The notes beneath the pieces are model-generated. The model saw nothing but the letters and a program-made list of their open reading frames with translations. It did no database searches and was not told where the DNA came from. From Lingula anatina (Eukaryota; Animalia; Brachiopoda): 64,000 bases of DNA. A program made the position numbers and the translations under genes. Positions 25,711 through 36,602 of the stretch are shown here, piece by piece (the first letter of the stretch is position 1; every line of letters starts with the position of its first letter). Location of the stretch: the NCBI GenBank assembly GCA_051362555.1, contig CM120642.1:21514001-21578000 (forward strand), written 5' to 3'.

Positions 25711-27717
25711 GTATTATGGGAAGACATTGAACATTGTGACATCAACAATTGCTGTTGTATTATGGGAAGACATTAAGCATTGTGACATCAACAATTGTTG
25801 TTGTATTATGGAAGACATTGAACATTGTGACATCAACAATTGCTGTTGTATTATGGGAAGACATTGAACATTGTGACATCAACAATTGCTGTTGTATTAT
25901 GGGAAGACATTGTGACATCAACAATTGCTGTTGTATTATGGGGAGACATTGTGACATCAACAATTGCTGTTGTATTATGGGAAAACATTGTGACATCAAC
26001 AATTGCTGTTGTATTATGGGGAGACATTGAACATTGTGACATCAACAATTGCTGTTGTATTATGGGAAGACATTGAACATTGTGACATCAACAATTGCTG
26101 TTGTATTATGGGAAGACATTGTGACATCAACAATTGCTGTTGTATTATGGGAAAACATTGTGACATCAACAATTGCTGTTGTATTATGGGGAGACATTGA
26201 ACATTGTGACATCAACAATTGCTGTTGTATTATGGGAAGACATTGAACATTGTGACATCAACAATTGTTGTAGTATTATGGGAAGACATTGAACATTGTG
26301 ACATCAACAATTGCTGTTGTATTATGGAAAGACATTGAACATTGTGACATCAACAATTGCTGTTGTATTATGGGAAGACATTGAACATTGTGACATCAAC
26401 AACTGCTGTTGTATTATGGAAAGACATTGAACATTGTGACATCAACAATATTGGTTGCCTTATGGGAAGGTGTTGAACATTGTGACATCAACAATTGCTG
26501 TTGTATTATGGGAATGTGTTGAACATGGTGACATCAACAACTGCTGTTGTATTATGGGAGACATTGAACATTGTGACATCAACAATTGTTGTATCATGGG
26601 AAGACATTGAACATTGTGACATCAACAACTGCTGTTGTATTATGGGAAGACATTGAACATTGTGACATCAACAATTGTTGTTGTATAATGGGAATACATT
26701 GAACATTGTGACATCAACAATATTGGTTGCCTTATGGGAATACATTGAACATTGTGACATCAACAGTTGCTGTAGTATTATGGGAAGACATTGAACATTG
26801 TGACATCAACAATTGTTGTATTATGGAAAGACATTGAACATTGTGACATCAACAATTGCTGTTGTATTATGGGAAGACATTGAACATTGTGACATCAACA
26901 ATTGCTGTTCTGTTATAGAAAGACATTGAACATTGTGACATCAACAATTGCTGTTTATTATGGAAAGACATTGAACATTGTGACATCAACAATTGTTGTT
27001 GTATTATGGGAAGACATTGAACATTGTGACATCAACAATTGTTGTTGTATTATGGGAAGACATTGAACATTGTGACATCAACAATTGCTGTTGTATTATA
27101 GAAAGACATTGAACATTGTGACATCAACAGTTGCTGTTGTATTATGGAAAGACATTGAACATTGTGACATCAACAATTGTTGTTGTATAATGGGAAGACA
27201 TTGAACATTGTGACATCAACAGTTGCTGTAGTATAATGGAAAGACATTGAACACTGTGACATGAACAATTGCTGTTTATTATGGAAAGACATTGAACATT
27301 GTGACATCAACAATTGTTGTTGTATAATGGGAAGACATTGGACATTGTGACATCAACAATTGCTGTTGTATTATGGGAAGACATTGAATATTGTGACATC
27401 AACAATTGCTGTTGTATTATGGGAAGACATTGAACATTGTGACATCAACAATTGCTGTTGTATTATGGAAAGACATTGAACCTTCTGACATCAACAATTG
27501 CTGTTGTATTATGGGAAGACATTGAACATTGTGACATCAACAATTGCTGTTGTATTATGGAAAGACATTGAACCTTCTGACATCAACAATTGCAGTTGTA
27601 TTATGGGAAGACATTGAACATTGTGACATCAACAATTGTTGTTGTATTATGGGAAGACATCAATAATATTATATTGGTTGCAATATAATATTGCTGTTGC
27701 TGTTGTATTATGGGAAG
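25711..27717. repeat. 46-bp minisatellite (with 39-bp deletion variants), >40 copies (array 2)
   Basis: Unit ATTATGGGAAGACATTGAACATTGTGACATCAACAATTGCTGTTGT. Variants lacking one ACATTGA occur at ~25900-26170. Confidence 0.95.
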
Positions 27718-28003
27718 CAGCTAGTAGGCAAATACAAAATTGCATAATGTCTTTGTAAGACTGATAACTCCTCACTGTCAGCTAAACCTTTATAATTGTT
27801 AGTGTATATCTTTCCGAAAGATGTAGATTTTTCCAAAAAATTGTGAAAAAGGTTATCCATTTATTGATTGAGGCACTTGATAATGATTTTTTTTTTTTTT
27901 TGAAAAATTGTATGTTAAATAAATTGTTGGATAATTTTCCCAAACTTATTACTTATTTAAATGAAAGCAATGATTAATTCAAGAATTGGTATAAAATCTG
28001 TAG

Positions 28004-28103
28004 GTATCATTGTGTGGATATAAAGAAGGGCTGTGTGATGATCTTCTTTAGCACAGAGTTCAAAGACCTAGATAATGTCAACACTGGAAAGGTGTTTATG
28101 CAG
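28004..28103 (+). pseudogene. Candidate decayed exon of the HEATR3-like pseudogene
   Basis: ctgtag| ... CAG|gtgagt splice sites, lying between recognisable HEATR3 exons. Protein similarity is weak. Confidence 0.3.
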
Positions 28104-28946
28104 GTGAGTCATCGGTTTGTAAAAACAATATGCATTGCCCTCTTCTTTATCACTTTGAAATTAGTTTAGAAGAATTCCTGCTTCCTGGCAATTCCATTGC
28201 ACAGCCTTTAAATTGTCTTCAGTTATAGAAAAAGATCCAAAGAATGGCTTAACTTCCGAGTTATTACCATAATTTCTAAATGATATACATTATTTCACTT
28301 GATGTCTGTCATGCCTACTGAACCTGCTAGGGGATAATTAATTATCATTTAGCAGGTTCAGTAGATGTGTCAGACATCTAATTAAGCCACTTAAAGATGC
28401 ATACAAAGTCAATTTTTTGTCACAAAAACCAACCAAATGCCAGCATATAGTTTCAAGTAGTATAACTAAGAGAATTACCAAAAGGCATTGTTTAATTTTA
28501 CCCGAAAATGATGTTTGAACGGATTTTTCTGCTGGCATTCTAAGCTGTAGGTCAATGGGGCAGGAAAGTACCGTGTAGGTCACAAAAGTAGGTTAAATTT
28601 ACAACCAAAAATTTAAAGAAAGGAGCAGTCTAAAGGTCTTATATGGCTGATCGAGTGATCTATTCAGTTTATCCCTTGGCATGTCGAATTTATATGAGTC
28701 ATATAAGAATCTAGTAGAGGTGGTTTACATGTGTTACTGGGAATGCACGTTCCACCGATGCTGGGTTCATATGTACCTTTAAGCTAAAAGCAATGAGCGA
28801 GAAACCCTTTGGAGATGGATCGATCCTGTTAGATAGATCTAAGTATGGGAACCCAGTCTAAATATTTGCTATGTCTAAAGGTTGATGTACTAATAGATAA
28901 AATTTTCACCTATAACATGAATTAATATTATATGAATCAATATTAT

Positions 28947-29193
28947 TGTCGATATGCGGTTCAGAGAAAAAAACGAGAGTTGAAAAACTACACGTTTATT
29001 TTCTACAGAGACTGATCAAAAACTACCCACTCAATGAGCAGGGCGTGAATATATACAAAGTAGGCAATAGGAGGCGGAGCTAAAACTAAATCCATGTCCA
29101 CTACAGACATTGACATACGAGCTTTAAAATACTTTACTACAACTGATAGTGCGCTTCGTTTGCATGGACATGCTTTTTCCATACGTTCCAACA
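28947..29193 (-). repeat. 3' LTR (247 bp)
   Basis: Identical to 34985-35231 except two adjacent bases (CT at 29132-29133 vs AG at 35170-35171). On the minus strand it is preceded by the PPT-like GCCCCCGGAGAA (29194-29205). Confidence 0.97.
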
Positions 29194-29505
29194 TTCTCCG
29201 GGGGCAACACGTTGTAAAAGTAAACATGAAAGCATTAAGTGTTTTAAAATAAGCAAGAAATCCAAATATTCCATTAAACGTAAGTCATATCAACAAGTCC
29301 TTGCGACGTACTAGTCAGTAAGTACTGATTAATGTAAACATTTATGCAATAGATTGTCATTGAAACAAAAAACGAAGTCCAAAGCAACGCTAATTAGAAA
29401 TATTCCAATAGTAAGGTTAAATAATCCAATTATACGCTTGATTAAATGTTTCAAACAGTTTCATTTGAAGAGTCTAATAGTTCCATAAGTAATCAAAGTT
29501 CATTC

Positions 29506-30512
29506 TCATTTCAGTTCTTGAATCCATCTAGCGATGTTTTCTTTTGCTTGCTGGGTGGCGCGTCTCGTGTTACGGGCTGGTATGTTGATGTTTTCATCAG
29601 TATTTTCTTTGGACAGTGTGACCTCTCTCAGGTCAGGGGCAGAGTCATAATCAACGGAAATTTCGAGAGGATAAAGTTTCGTAATAGGGCGATTTGTTGT
29701 TCCATACTTAGTTTTCAATGTTGCTGATCGCACTATTCCGTCATTGCCGTAGCTCAGTTTTGTAATTAGACCCAAATCCCACAAAAATCTAGGTTTAATA
29801 TCCTCATGAATTAGTACTACGTCTCCAACTTGAACAGTATTTTGTTTAACCCCATTCATATTGTCCCTTTCCCTTAGTGCAGTGAGATATTCGGAGGTCC
29901 ATCTTTGCGTGAAATGTGCATTGACCTCCTGCACATGTTTCAATCGTTTTGTCAAGCGTTCTTTGGAGATTTTGCCATCTGCGGATCCAATCCTTCATCC
30001 TCATCTGTCAGTGGGCAAGGCAGTGTGTTGATTCGACGTCCGTTCAAAAGCATTGATGGTGTAAGAGGTTCACCCTCATTAACGTAGGCGGGGCGGTCAT
30101 TCAGTGTTGCTTCTATTTCCGATGTTATGGTATGCAATTCGTCTAGCGTGATGCGAGCGCGTCCTAGTGTTTTTCTCATTGCATTCTTCGTGAGACCAAT
30201 TAATCTTTCCCAAAAGCCACCAAACCACGGTGCTCTTCTAGGAATGAATTCCCACTTCACTCTATTTTGACTTAGATATCGACGTACATCTTCATTTTCG
30301 AAAAGTTTCTTGATTTCATTGGCGGCTGAATGATAAGTTGTTGCGTTGTCACTAATCATTTTCGTAGGTAGCGATCTCCTGGCAGCGAATCTTCGAAATG
30401 CATTTATAAATGAAGATGTAGATAAGTCATTCACAACTTCCAGGTGGACGGCGCGAGTAGCGGAGCAAGTAAATAAACATATGTAGGCTTTCGCTTCACA
30501 ATTCGTGGACAT
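29506..30512 (-). pseudogene. Frameshifted integrase core and C-terminal domain of the BEL/Pao pol
   Basis: ORF 29952-30512: KAYICLFTCSATRAVHLE..ISDN..APWFGGFWERL..EPLTP (DDE core). ORF 29506-29955: VGDVVLIHED..DGIVRSATLKT..RPITKLYPLE. Frameshifts at ~30513 and ~29960. Confidence 0.9.
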
Positions 30513-33500
30513 TTGACGTAGAGTGCCCCTGTAAAATCAACTCCAGTGACTGTAAACGGGGGAGCATCGTGAACTCTGAATATTCGTAGAGGCGGAGCAA
30601 CCGGAGAAGCATAGGGTCTGCCGATCAAGCGTCTGCATGTGACACATTTACGTAGGACGCGGTTGACAGTTTCACGCGCTCTGGGGATCCAAAATCTCTG
30701 CCTGATACTTGTTACAGTTGATTGCATGCCGGAATGTAGCGCTCGTTTGTGCGCGTCATTTATCACTAACAAAGTGAATGGATGTTGCCGTGGTAATAGT
30801 ATCGGGTGTTTTGCGTCGTAAGTCAAGGGTGCGCTTTGTAAGCGACCTGTAAGTCGTGTAATGCCATTACTGTTTAAAAACAAAGCAAGTTGCTTAACAG
30901 TATTTGATTTAGATTTTCCTCCTTTCAATGAGTCAAGTTCTTGATAGAAATCTTTCTCCTGAACGCACCTGATCCATATTTCTTCTGCATTAACGATTTC
31001 TTCTGCAGAAGGCGAGGCGTTTGTAATAACGTAAGATGACGTCTTGTGTATTTTTCCCTTCATAACGGCAACAAATCTGAGCACCAATGCCGTAACGTTT
31101 AATAGTTTCGGAAGCGTGCCATGTCGGCCTATGTCGACCACCTCTGAAATGTCTGTTTTCGTTGTGAGCGGCTGATTTCCTCGCATTCTTTGGTTGTTGG
31201 CTTTGTCGGAAATATCAGTTTCAACGGAATGACCCTGAACTGCGGTCGTAGGGTCAATGACATTTGGATTGTTTTTAAAGAGTTGTTCATTCAACGAATC
31301 ACTTGGGGTAAGTGGGGCAAACTCTACCCGCTCTGTTCTCAAATGCATCACAGTACTATTGTACTCTCCTATGGGCCAATCTCCCTGTGTGAGCCAGGCG
31401 GGTCCTTCCCACCATATAGTTGCGATTTCTAGTGACAATACGGTCGTACCGCGTGTTATGAGATCGGCTGGGTTGTCATCCGTCGGACAATATCTGTATT
31501 CGTTGAACAACGACGGTTTGATTTCGTTGACACGATTTCGGACAAACAACGGTAGATGTTTGTCGCTTTTAATCCAGCACAGCACAATTTGGCTGTCTGT
31601 CCACAGAACACATTTCGCAATGTGAATGTTCTCTTTCAGTTGGTCATGAACAAAACTTGTGAGGCGGGTTCCTAGAACTGCTGCCATCAGTTCAAGGCGC
31701 AGAATAGTGATCGTTTTCACTGGGGCAACGCGCGATTTGGACATGACTAAAGTAGTTTGTTCTCCGTTTCGTAGATATACGGCGCATCCATACGCCTTTT
31801 CACTGGCGTCGACAAAACAATGTAATTCCATGGGCTGTTGTGACTCCTTGGTGTTTGAGAAATACTGCCGGGTAACTTTCAGCAATGAACATTGTTCAAG
31901 ATCAGCAGCAATTTCTTTCCAAGTTTCGCTTAGTTCTGGAGGTAAAGTTTGATCCCAATCGAGTTCCGCTTTCCAGAGTTCTTGCATGAACATTTTACCT
32001 CGAACAATAACTGGTGCTAACAGACCTAGCGGGTCGTAAACTCGAGAAATGCGACTAATCACTTCGCGTTTGGTGACTTGGCTGACTGGGATTTCTTCAC
32101 CGGACTTGAAAGATAACGTATCTTGTTCAGTGTCCCATATCATTCCCAACATCGGTGTATTCTTGTGGTCTGCGTGAGCTACTCCGTCAGTTTCGACTAT
32201 GTTGCGGAGTTTGGGGTCATTGGTAGCCCACGATTGAAGACTGAATCCTGCAGATGCAAGCAAATCATTTGATTCCTCGTACATTTGAATGGCTTGGTTT
32301 GAGGTGTCAGTTCCCGTCACAATATTATCCACGTAGACGTCCCGTTTCAGGGCTTTGGCGGTGCCATTCTCGGACATATCCAAATGCAAGCGTACTACGG
32401 AGTTAAGAATGGCTGGACTGGAAATGCTTCCAAAGAGAACTGACGTAAAGCGGTACACTTCAAACTTACTTTCAGTGTCTTCTGGATCTTCAAGCCATAA
32501 AAATTTCGTAAAATCTCGGTCATCTTCGTGCAATCCTATGTTTAAGAATGCTTTTTCAATGTCACTAGTGATCGCGACATTGTGAATTCGAAATCTTAAA
32601 AGGATTCCAACAAGGTCATTAAGTAGCTGCGGTCCTTTAAATAGACAGTCATTCAGACTGGGGTCATCAGGTGTGGCCTTTGCGCTGCAGTCGTAAACTA
32701 TTTGAATTGGTGTTGTAATCGAATCCTTTTTTACAGGGCGGTGAGGCAGGTAATGTCCACTGGAAGTATCGTCATCGCCTACTTTCTCAATAAAGTTGCG
32801 TTTCTCTTGATTCCTGATGATAGTGTCATACACGCGTCGCGTTTCTACTGGTAACTTGCGCACGGTATTACGTGTTCGATGACATGCGTTGCGATAATTC
32901 GTAGGCAAAGGACTGTGGTCGGTTTTCCACGGCAATTTGGCCACATATTGGTCATCACGTTTTTCAATGTAATTTCTCTGGAAATTCTGAAAATCGGAGG
33001 GATCCTGGACAGTTTGTTTATTGTCTTTAATGCCAATGGATTCTAGGTTCCAGAATTTGTCCAGGGTATCGTCTTCTGCGTTGCGCTGTTTCGCCATGAC
33101 ATGAAAAGCGGTGTCATTTGCTGTGACGTAGTCATCGGAGTGGGCGGGGCCCGAGAGTAAGTATCCAAATTTGGAAGCGACAGCGGTGGGCCCCGGACCT
33201 CGCACGATTGTATGTTCAACAAAGTCCCAGTAATGATCGGCACCAATTAGCACAGAGACGAAAAAAGGCGATCTGTCATCAGATGGTGTGTGAGCCAGTC
33301 TCAAGTTCCTTAAGTGGGACAAATTGGCTGTCCTACGTGTCACTAAATTATGGAGTGGAGCGGAAATTTCAGGAACGACGACTGCGTTAATATCAACAAA
33401 TTCTTTTGATGTTGTTTTCAGGGAGATTGTGACGATGTCAAAAGTCTGAGGTTGTTTACAGTCCATTCCAAATACAGACAAATTGATCTCCTCAGAATGA

Positions 33501-34957
33501 GTTGGCTGGAGCTGAAGTTTATGAACAAGCTCTTCTGTGATGAATGATCTGGTCGCTCCTTCGTCGAACAAGACCCCACTAGTTGCCGATAATTGGAAGG
33601 GTGTTTGTTTGTTGGAGACCTCCACGATAGCCGTTTTTAACAAGACAACATTCCTTTGATTTTTTGCCCCTTGAGTGAAGGTTCTCGCCGCATGTTCCAC
33701 GGCAGGCGGTTCCCGCACTTTCTGAGCGGCGCTTGCTTCACTTTTTTGCTTAGCATGAAGGGTGGTGTGGTGTTTTCCATTGCAACTTCTGCAGCGAAAT
33801 TTAGAAAGGCATTTTTGGCTTGTATGGTTGGGCGTAAGACAGTTAAAGCATAAATTGTCTCTTTTTGCTATTTCAAAGCGTTTTTCCTGGTCCGACACGA
33901 CTGGGCACGTGATAGAGCTATGTTCATTTTTGCAGAAAGCGCATTTCATTTTTCTTTTCGGCTTGTTCGTCGTTTTCTTCGTGTTACTATTAGTGAAAAA
34001 CGCAGCAGTGGGTCGGTACGACTTCTCTTGGTTGAACCCATCTATTTCTCCAGCTTGAAGGGCGTCGCTCTCAGACTTAAGTGTACTGCGCAGATCGGCG
34101 ATTGACCATTCATTGTTTCCATGCGCTCTGGCGATTTGTCTGTGCGTGTTGGCAGGCAATTTATCTAGAATCATAGGAATCAAGAGTTCTCCATAACTTT
34201 GTTCTTCTTTTCCTAAAGAGCTGAGTCCTCTAATGAAAGTCTCGATCCTATCGTAGAAAAATCTCAATGATTTTATATCTTCATCGGGGCGTGGAAGCTC
34301 CCAAAGAGCTATCATGAATGCGTTAATGATTTTGTGAGTTTGTCCATACCTTTCTCGAAGAAGTTCCTTCGCATTTTCGTAATTATTAGCCGTAAGCTGT
34401 AATCCCGCGATCGTAGAAAACGCTTCGCCATCCAACTGTGCCCGTAAAAACTGGAATTTCTCGATAGTAGATAGCGTCTCGTTTTCGTCTATAGCACTGA
34501 CGAAGTCGTCGTTGAAAGCGGGCCATTGAAGGAGATTTCCGTCAAACCTGGATAGGATGAGTTTGGGGAGCCTGTAATTTCGTTTCATGTTGCTCCGCGG
34601 AGGGTCATCACTTGGAGTGGGAGCGTTAGAAATCGAAGGCTTGCTTCGGCGTTCTTCTGACTGTATATTTTCTTTATGTTTTCGAATGCGACGGAGCTTC
34701 TCTTTAGCTGAAAACATAAATTCGTCTGCTTTGGCAACGCTGTCTTCCATCTTTTCATCTGAAAGTTTGGACAGAATTCTTTCGTCTAATGTTTTTAGAT
34801 AGTCCATCTTCTCCTCGATTAGTTCGTACGTCAAGTCCAATGTTTCCACATTTTCTACGGACGGCTCATCAGACATCAAACTTGATGCTCGTTGAAACAG
34901 CTTCGTTAGCTGGGCTCGGTTTGCCGACCGGAGTTTTTGATTTCTCTCTGCAGCCAT
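30431..34957 (-). CDS. BEL/Pao Gag-Pol polyprotein (Gag, protease, RT, RNase H, IN N-terminus); frameshifted after VDFTGALYVK
   Basis: First ATG at 34957. Zinc knuckles CAFCKNEHSSITC, CFNCLTPNHTSQKC and CRSCNGKHHTTLH; protease LFDEGATRSFI; RT SDIEKAF and YVDN; RNase H FVDAS/LELMAA/WTDS/NPADLITRG; IN HHCC (AHKRALHSG..CVTC) and GVDF. Confidence 0.95.
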   Translation of the reverse strand: MAAERNQKLRSANRAQLTKLFQRASSLMSDEPSVENVETLDLTYELIEEKMDYLKTLDERILSKLSDEKMEDSVAKADEFMFSAKEKLRRIRKHKENIQSEERRSKPSISNAPTPSDDPPRSNMKRNYRLPKLILSRFDGNLLQWPAFNDDFVSAIDENETLSTIEKFQFLRAQLDGEAFSTIAGLQLTANNYENAKELLRERYGQTHKIINAFMIALWELPRPDEDIKSLRFFYDRIETFIRGLSSLGKEEQSYGELLIPMILDKLPANTHRQIARAHGNNEWSIADLRSTLKSESDALQAGEIDGFNQEKSYRPTAAFFTNSNTKKTTNKPKRKMKCAFCKNEHSSITCPVVSDQEKRFEIAKRDNLCFNCLTPNHTSQKCLSKFRCRSCNGKHHTTLHAKQKSEASAAQKVREPPAVEHAARTFTQGAKNQRNVVLLKTAIVEVSNKQTPFQLSATSGVLFDEGATRSFITEELVHKLQLQPTHSEEINLSVFGMDCKQPQTFDIVTISLKTTSKEFVDINAVVVPEISAPLHNLVTRRTANLSHLRNLRLAHTPSDDRSPFFVSVLIGADHYWDFVEHTIVRGPGPTAVASKFGYLLSGPAHSDDYVTANDTAFHVMAKQRNAEDDTLDKFWNLESIGIKDNKQTVQDPSDFQNFQRNYIEKRDDQYVAKLPWKTDHSPLPTNYRNACHRTRNTVRKLPVETRRVYDTIIRNQEKRNFIEKVGDDDTSSGHYLPHRPVKKDSITTPIQIVYDCSAKATPDDPSLNDCLFKGPQLLNDLVGILLRFRIHNVAITSDIEKAFLNIGLHEDDRDFTKFLWLEDPEDTESKFEVYRFTSVLFGSISSPAILNSVVRLHLDMSENGTAKALKRDVYVDNIVTGTDTSNQAIQMYEESNDLLASAGFSLQSWATNDPKLRNIVETDGVAHADHKNTPMLGMIWDTEQDTLSFKSGEEIPVSQVTKREVISRISRVYDPLGLLAPVIVRGKMFMQELWKAELDWDQTLPPELSETWKEIAADLEQCSLLKVTRQYFSNTKESQQPMELHCFVDASEKAYGCAVYLRNGEQTTLVMSKSRVAPVKTITILRLELMAAVLGTRLTSFVHDQLKENIHIAKCVLWTDSQIVLCWIKSDKHLPLFVRNRVNEIKPSLFNEYRYCPTDDNPADLITRGTTVLSLEIATIWWEGPAWLTQGDWPIGEYNSTVMHLRTERVEFAPLTPSDSLNEQLFKNNPNVIDPTTAVQGHSVETDISDKANNQRMRGNQPLTTKTDISEVVDIGRHGTLPKLLNVTALVLRFVAVMKGKIHKTSSYVITNASPSAEEIVNAEEIWIRCVQEKDFYQELDSLKGGKSKSNTVKQLALFLNSNGITRLTGRLQSAPLTYDAKHPILLPRQHPFTLLVINDAHKRALHSGMQSTVTSIRQRFWIPRARETVNRVLRKCVTCRRLIGRPYASPVAPPLRIFRVHDAPPFTVTGVDFTGALYVKCPRIVKRKPTYVYLLAPLLAPSTWKL

Positions 34958-34961
34958 AGTT

Positions 34962-34979
34962 ATCCTGGTCACAGCACCA
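34962..34979 (-). promoter_or_regulatory. Primer-binding site, tRNA-His type
   Basis: The minus strand reads TGGTGCTGTGACCAGGAT, 5 nt after the 5' LTR. It is 17/18 complementary to the invertebrate tRNA-His 3' end (..ATCCTGGTCACGGCACCA, recalled from memory). Confidence 0.8.
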
Positions 34980-34984
34980 AAAAA

Positions 34985-35231
34985 TGTCGATATGCGGTTC
35001 AGAGAAAAAAACGAGAGTTGAAAAACTACACGTTTATTTTCTACAGAGACTGATCAAAAACTACCCACTCAATGAGCAGGGCGTGAATATATACAAAGTA
35101 GGCAATAGGAGGCGGAGCTAAAACTAAATCCATGTCCACTACAGACATTGACATACGAGCTTTAAAATAAGTTACTACAACTGATAGTGCGCTTCGTTTG
35201 CATGGACATGCTTTTTCCATACGTTCCAACA
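34985..35231 (-). repeat. 5' LTR (247 bp)
   Basis: TG...CA ends, minus-strand TATATA (~35089) and AATAAA (~35033-35038). 245/247 identical to the other LTR. Confidence 0.97.
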
Positions 35232-35821
35232 ATTATATAACCTATATTTGGGTTTTATGTAAATATGATGATGGTTTACTCAAACTGCCAATGTTAATGA
35301 ATGGTTGTCTTCAGTTGATAGATTAAAATATTGAAAGAGTACAGACAAAGTAGTATTGATGACTGGCCAGAAACCAAAAAATAAGATTTGGAACAATGAA
35401 AAACAAAAATTCATTTCTATTATAGACAGACCATACCTGTTGAGGTGAAAATATCTGATTTTTAATTCTTGTGTCACCTCTCTTGCCTTTAGATGAATCT
35501 GCTTCATATAGTGAAGAAGATATTTGTTTGATGTGTGTATTTGTGTCTATATATTCTGATTTCTATGGGCTCTCACAGACACCATAGGTCAACGTAGAGT
35601 GATTCAACTCTGTGCCTTGACTCTCGCAAAGTGCAATCGGCTTAATTGACTGAAGCGCCTCTGCAGGCATTGAATAGAATAAAAAAACAGCTGCTGATTA
35701 TGCAAGTATGTTAGAAACAAGAGGAGCCATGTCATTCACTTACGCTGTTTGCACTCCGCAAGAGTCCCTGCAAATCTACAATCAATGTCAGATTTGTTTT
35801 TTAGTTGATTTTTCATTTCAG

Positions 35822-35981
35822 AATTTTTGCACATTTCTTGTGGAAGAGGTGAGCAAGGACCAGAAAGTATGGGTGGTTACTGAGACTTTGGATGCCATTG
35901 TTGATCATCTGGACTTGTTGTCATGGAGATCAGGGTAACAGACAAACTCCAGACCATATGGTACCACAGCTGACAGCTAAG
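35822..35981 (+). pseudogene. HEATR3: HEATR3-like C-terminal exon with frameshifts
   Basis: tttcag|AAT TTT TGC... reads NFCTFLVEEVSKDQKVWVVTETLDAIVD, then LVVMEIRVTDKLQ and MVPQLTAK in other frames. Donor AAG|gtaaaa. Confidence 0.75.
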
Positions 35982-36338
35982 GTAAAACTACTCCCTGTGG
36001 TTTTATTTATTTATTTATTTACCAAAACAATTAAAGACCTATATCAGCAGCAGTTCTATCATCTGCATAGTGGACAACATAAAAAAGCATCATGTTTTGT
36101 TTACTAAAATGATTCCTGCAGTTGGGTATTTAACATATTCTTTAACAGTGTAATAATATCTTTATTTAAAGACATATTGGTCAATTCCAGCAATGGATAT
36201 CTTCTGAAGGAATATTGTGAATGTTTTCCAGATTCATCAACAGAAAAGCAGCCTGGGGGCCCACATTCTTATCAGTGTGACAGCAAGGACAAATCTGGTT
36301 CAGTTCATCAAATACAAATCTTGACCAGTAGATTAACT

Positions 36339-36602
36339 TAGACCCATTTCCATATCAAGATCCATCTGGCAGGATCAACCCATCTCCGTATTCTCTGGGT
36401 TCTCATTAAATTACATTCAGATTAAGCAGCTTAGATGTCTGGCACACCTACTGAAGCTGCTAGATGATAGATAATTACCCTCTAACAGCTACAGTAGGAG
36501 TGCCAGATGTCAGAGCCACTTAAACTTAATGTACTTTAACGAGAAACCCTTTGGAGATGGGTCTATCCTGCTAGATCAATCTAGGTATAGGAATTGGGTC
36601 TG
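36339..36602. mobile_element. Degenerate palindromic MITE; related arms at ~22020-22254 and ~28310-28860
   Basis: TAGACCCATTTCCATATCAAGATCCATCTGGCAGGATCAACCCATCTCC vs GGAGATGGGTCTATCCTGCTAGATCAATCTAGGTATAGGAATTGGGTCTG. The arm GAGAAACCC(T)TTGGAG..GATCCTGTTAGAT.GATCTA recurs at ~22193 and ~28799. Confidence 0.7.

Larger units (their letters stand above)
28947..35231 (-). mobile_element. Full-length BEL/Pao LTR retrotransposon (6285 bp)
   Basis: Two 247-bp TG...CA LTRs, 5-bp TSD ATTAT (28942-28946, 35232-35236), PBS and PPT. A single gag-pol with domain order Gag(3 Zn knuckles)-PR-RT-RH-IN is characteristic of BEL/Pao. Confidence 0.97.
9670..35981 (+). pseudogene. HEATR3: Fragmented, intron-containing HEATR3 (Syo1/symportin-1)-like pseudogene
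   Basis: Exon remnants resemble vertebrate HEATR3 as recalled from memory. ..9761: SLSSRKTVPGTLR (cf. SLAVRETAAGALR), with in-frame TAA at 9709. 10508-10595: KLTLDGSVDVCDKMIDADVLNPLFALQKE (cf. [29 protein letters not shown]). 25346-25581 includes ALQSVAAQTISELL (cf. ALQTLAQHLSQLL), with TGA at 25409. 35822-35981: NFCTFLVEEVSKDQKVWVVTETLDAIVD..MVPQLTAK (cf. [36 protein letters not shown]), with frameshifts. GT-AG sites and phases agree for the first exons. Confidence 0.75.

Noticed and set aside
25749-26246. Cys-rich or repetitive ORFs (HCDINNCCCIMGR, IVTSTIAVVLW)
   Set aside because: These are by-products of 39-bp (in-frame) variants of the minisatellite, open on both strands, with no gene context.
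25711-27717. CRISPR-like appearance of the 46-, 40-, 62- and 37-bp arrays
   Set aside because: Units are head-to-tail with no unique spacers, there are no cas genes, and the context is eukaryotic.
30639-34802. Short + strand ORFs overlapping the retrotransposon
   Set aside because: These are antisense shadows of the gag-pol frame.
34958-34972. ORF-track start at 34972
   Set aside because: It is a GTG inside the PBS; the first ATG is at 34957.
35041-35232. Duplicated ORF MLERMEKACPCKR.. (also 29003-29227)
   Set aside because: Both lie in the LTRs, so the duplication only reflects LTR identity.
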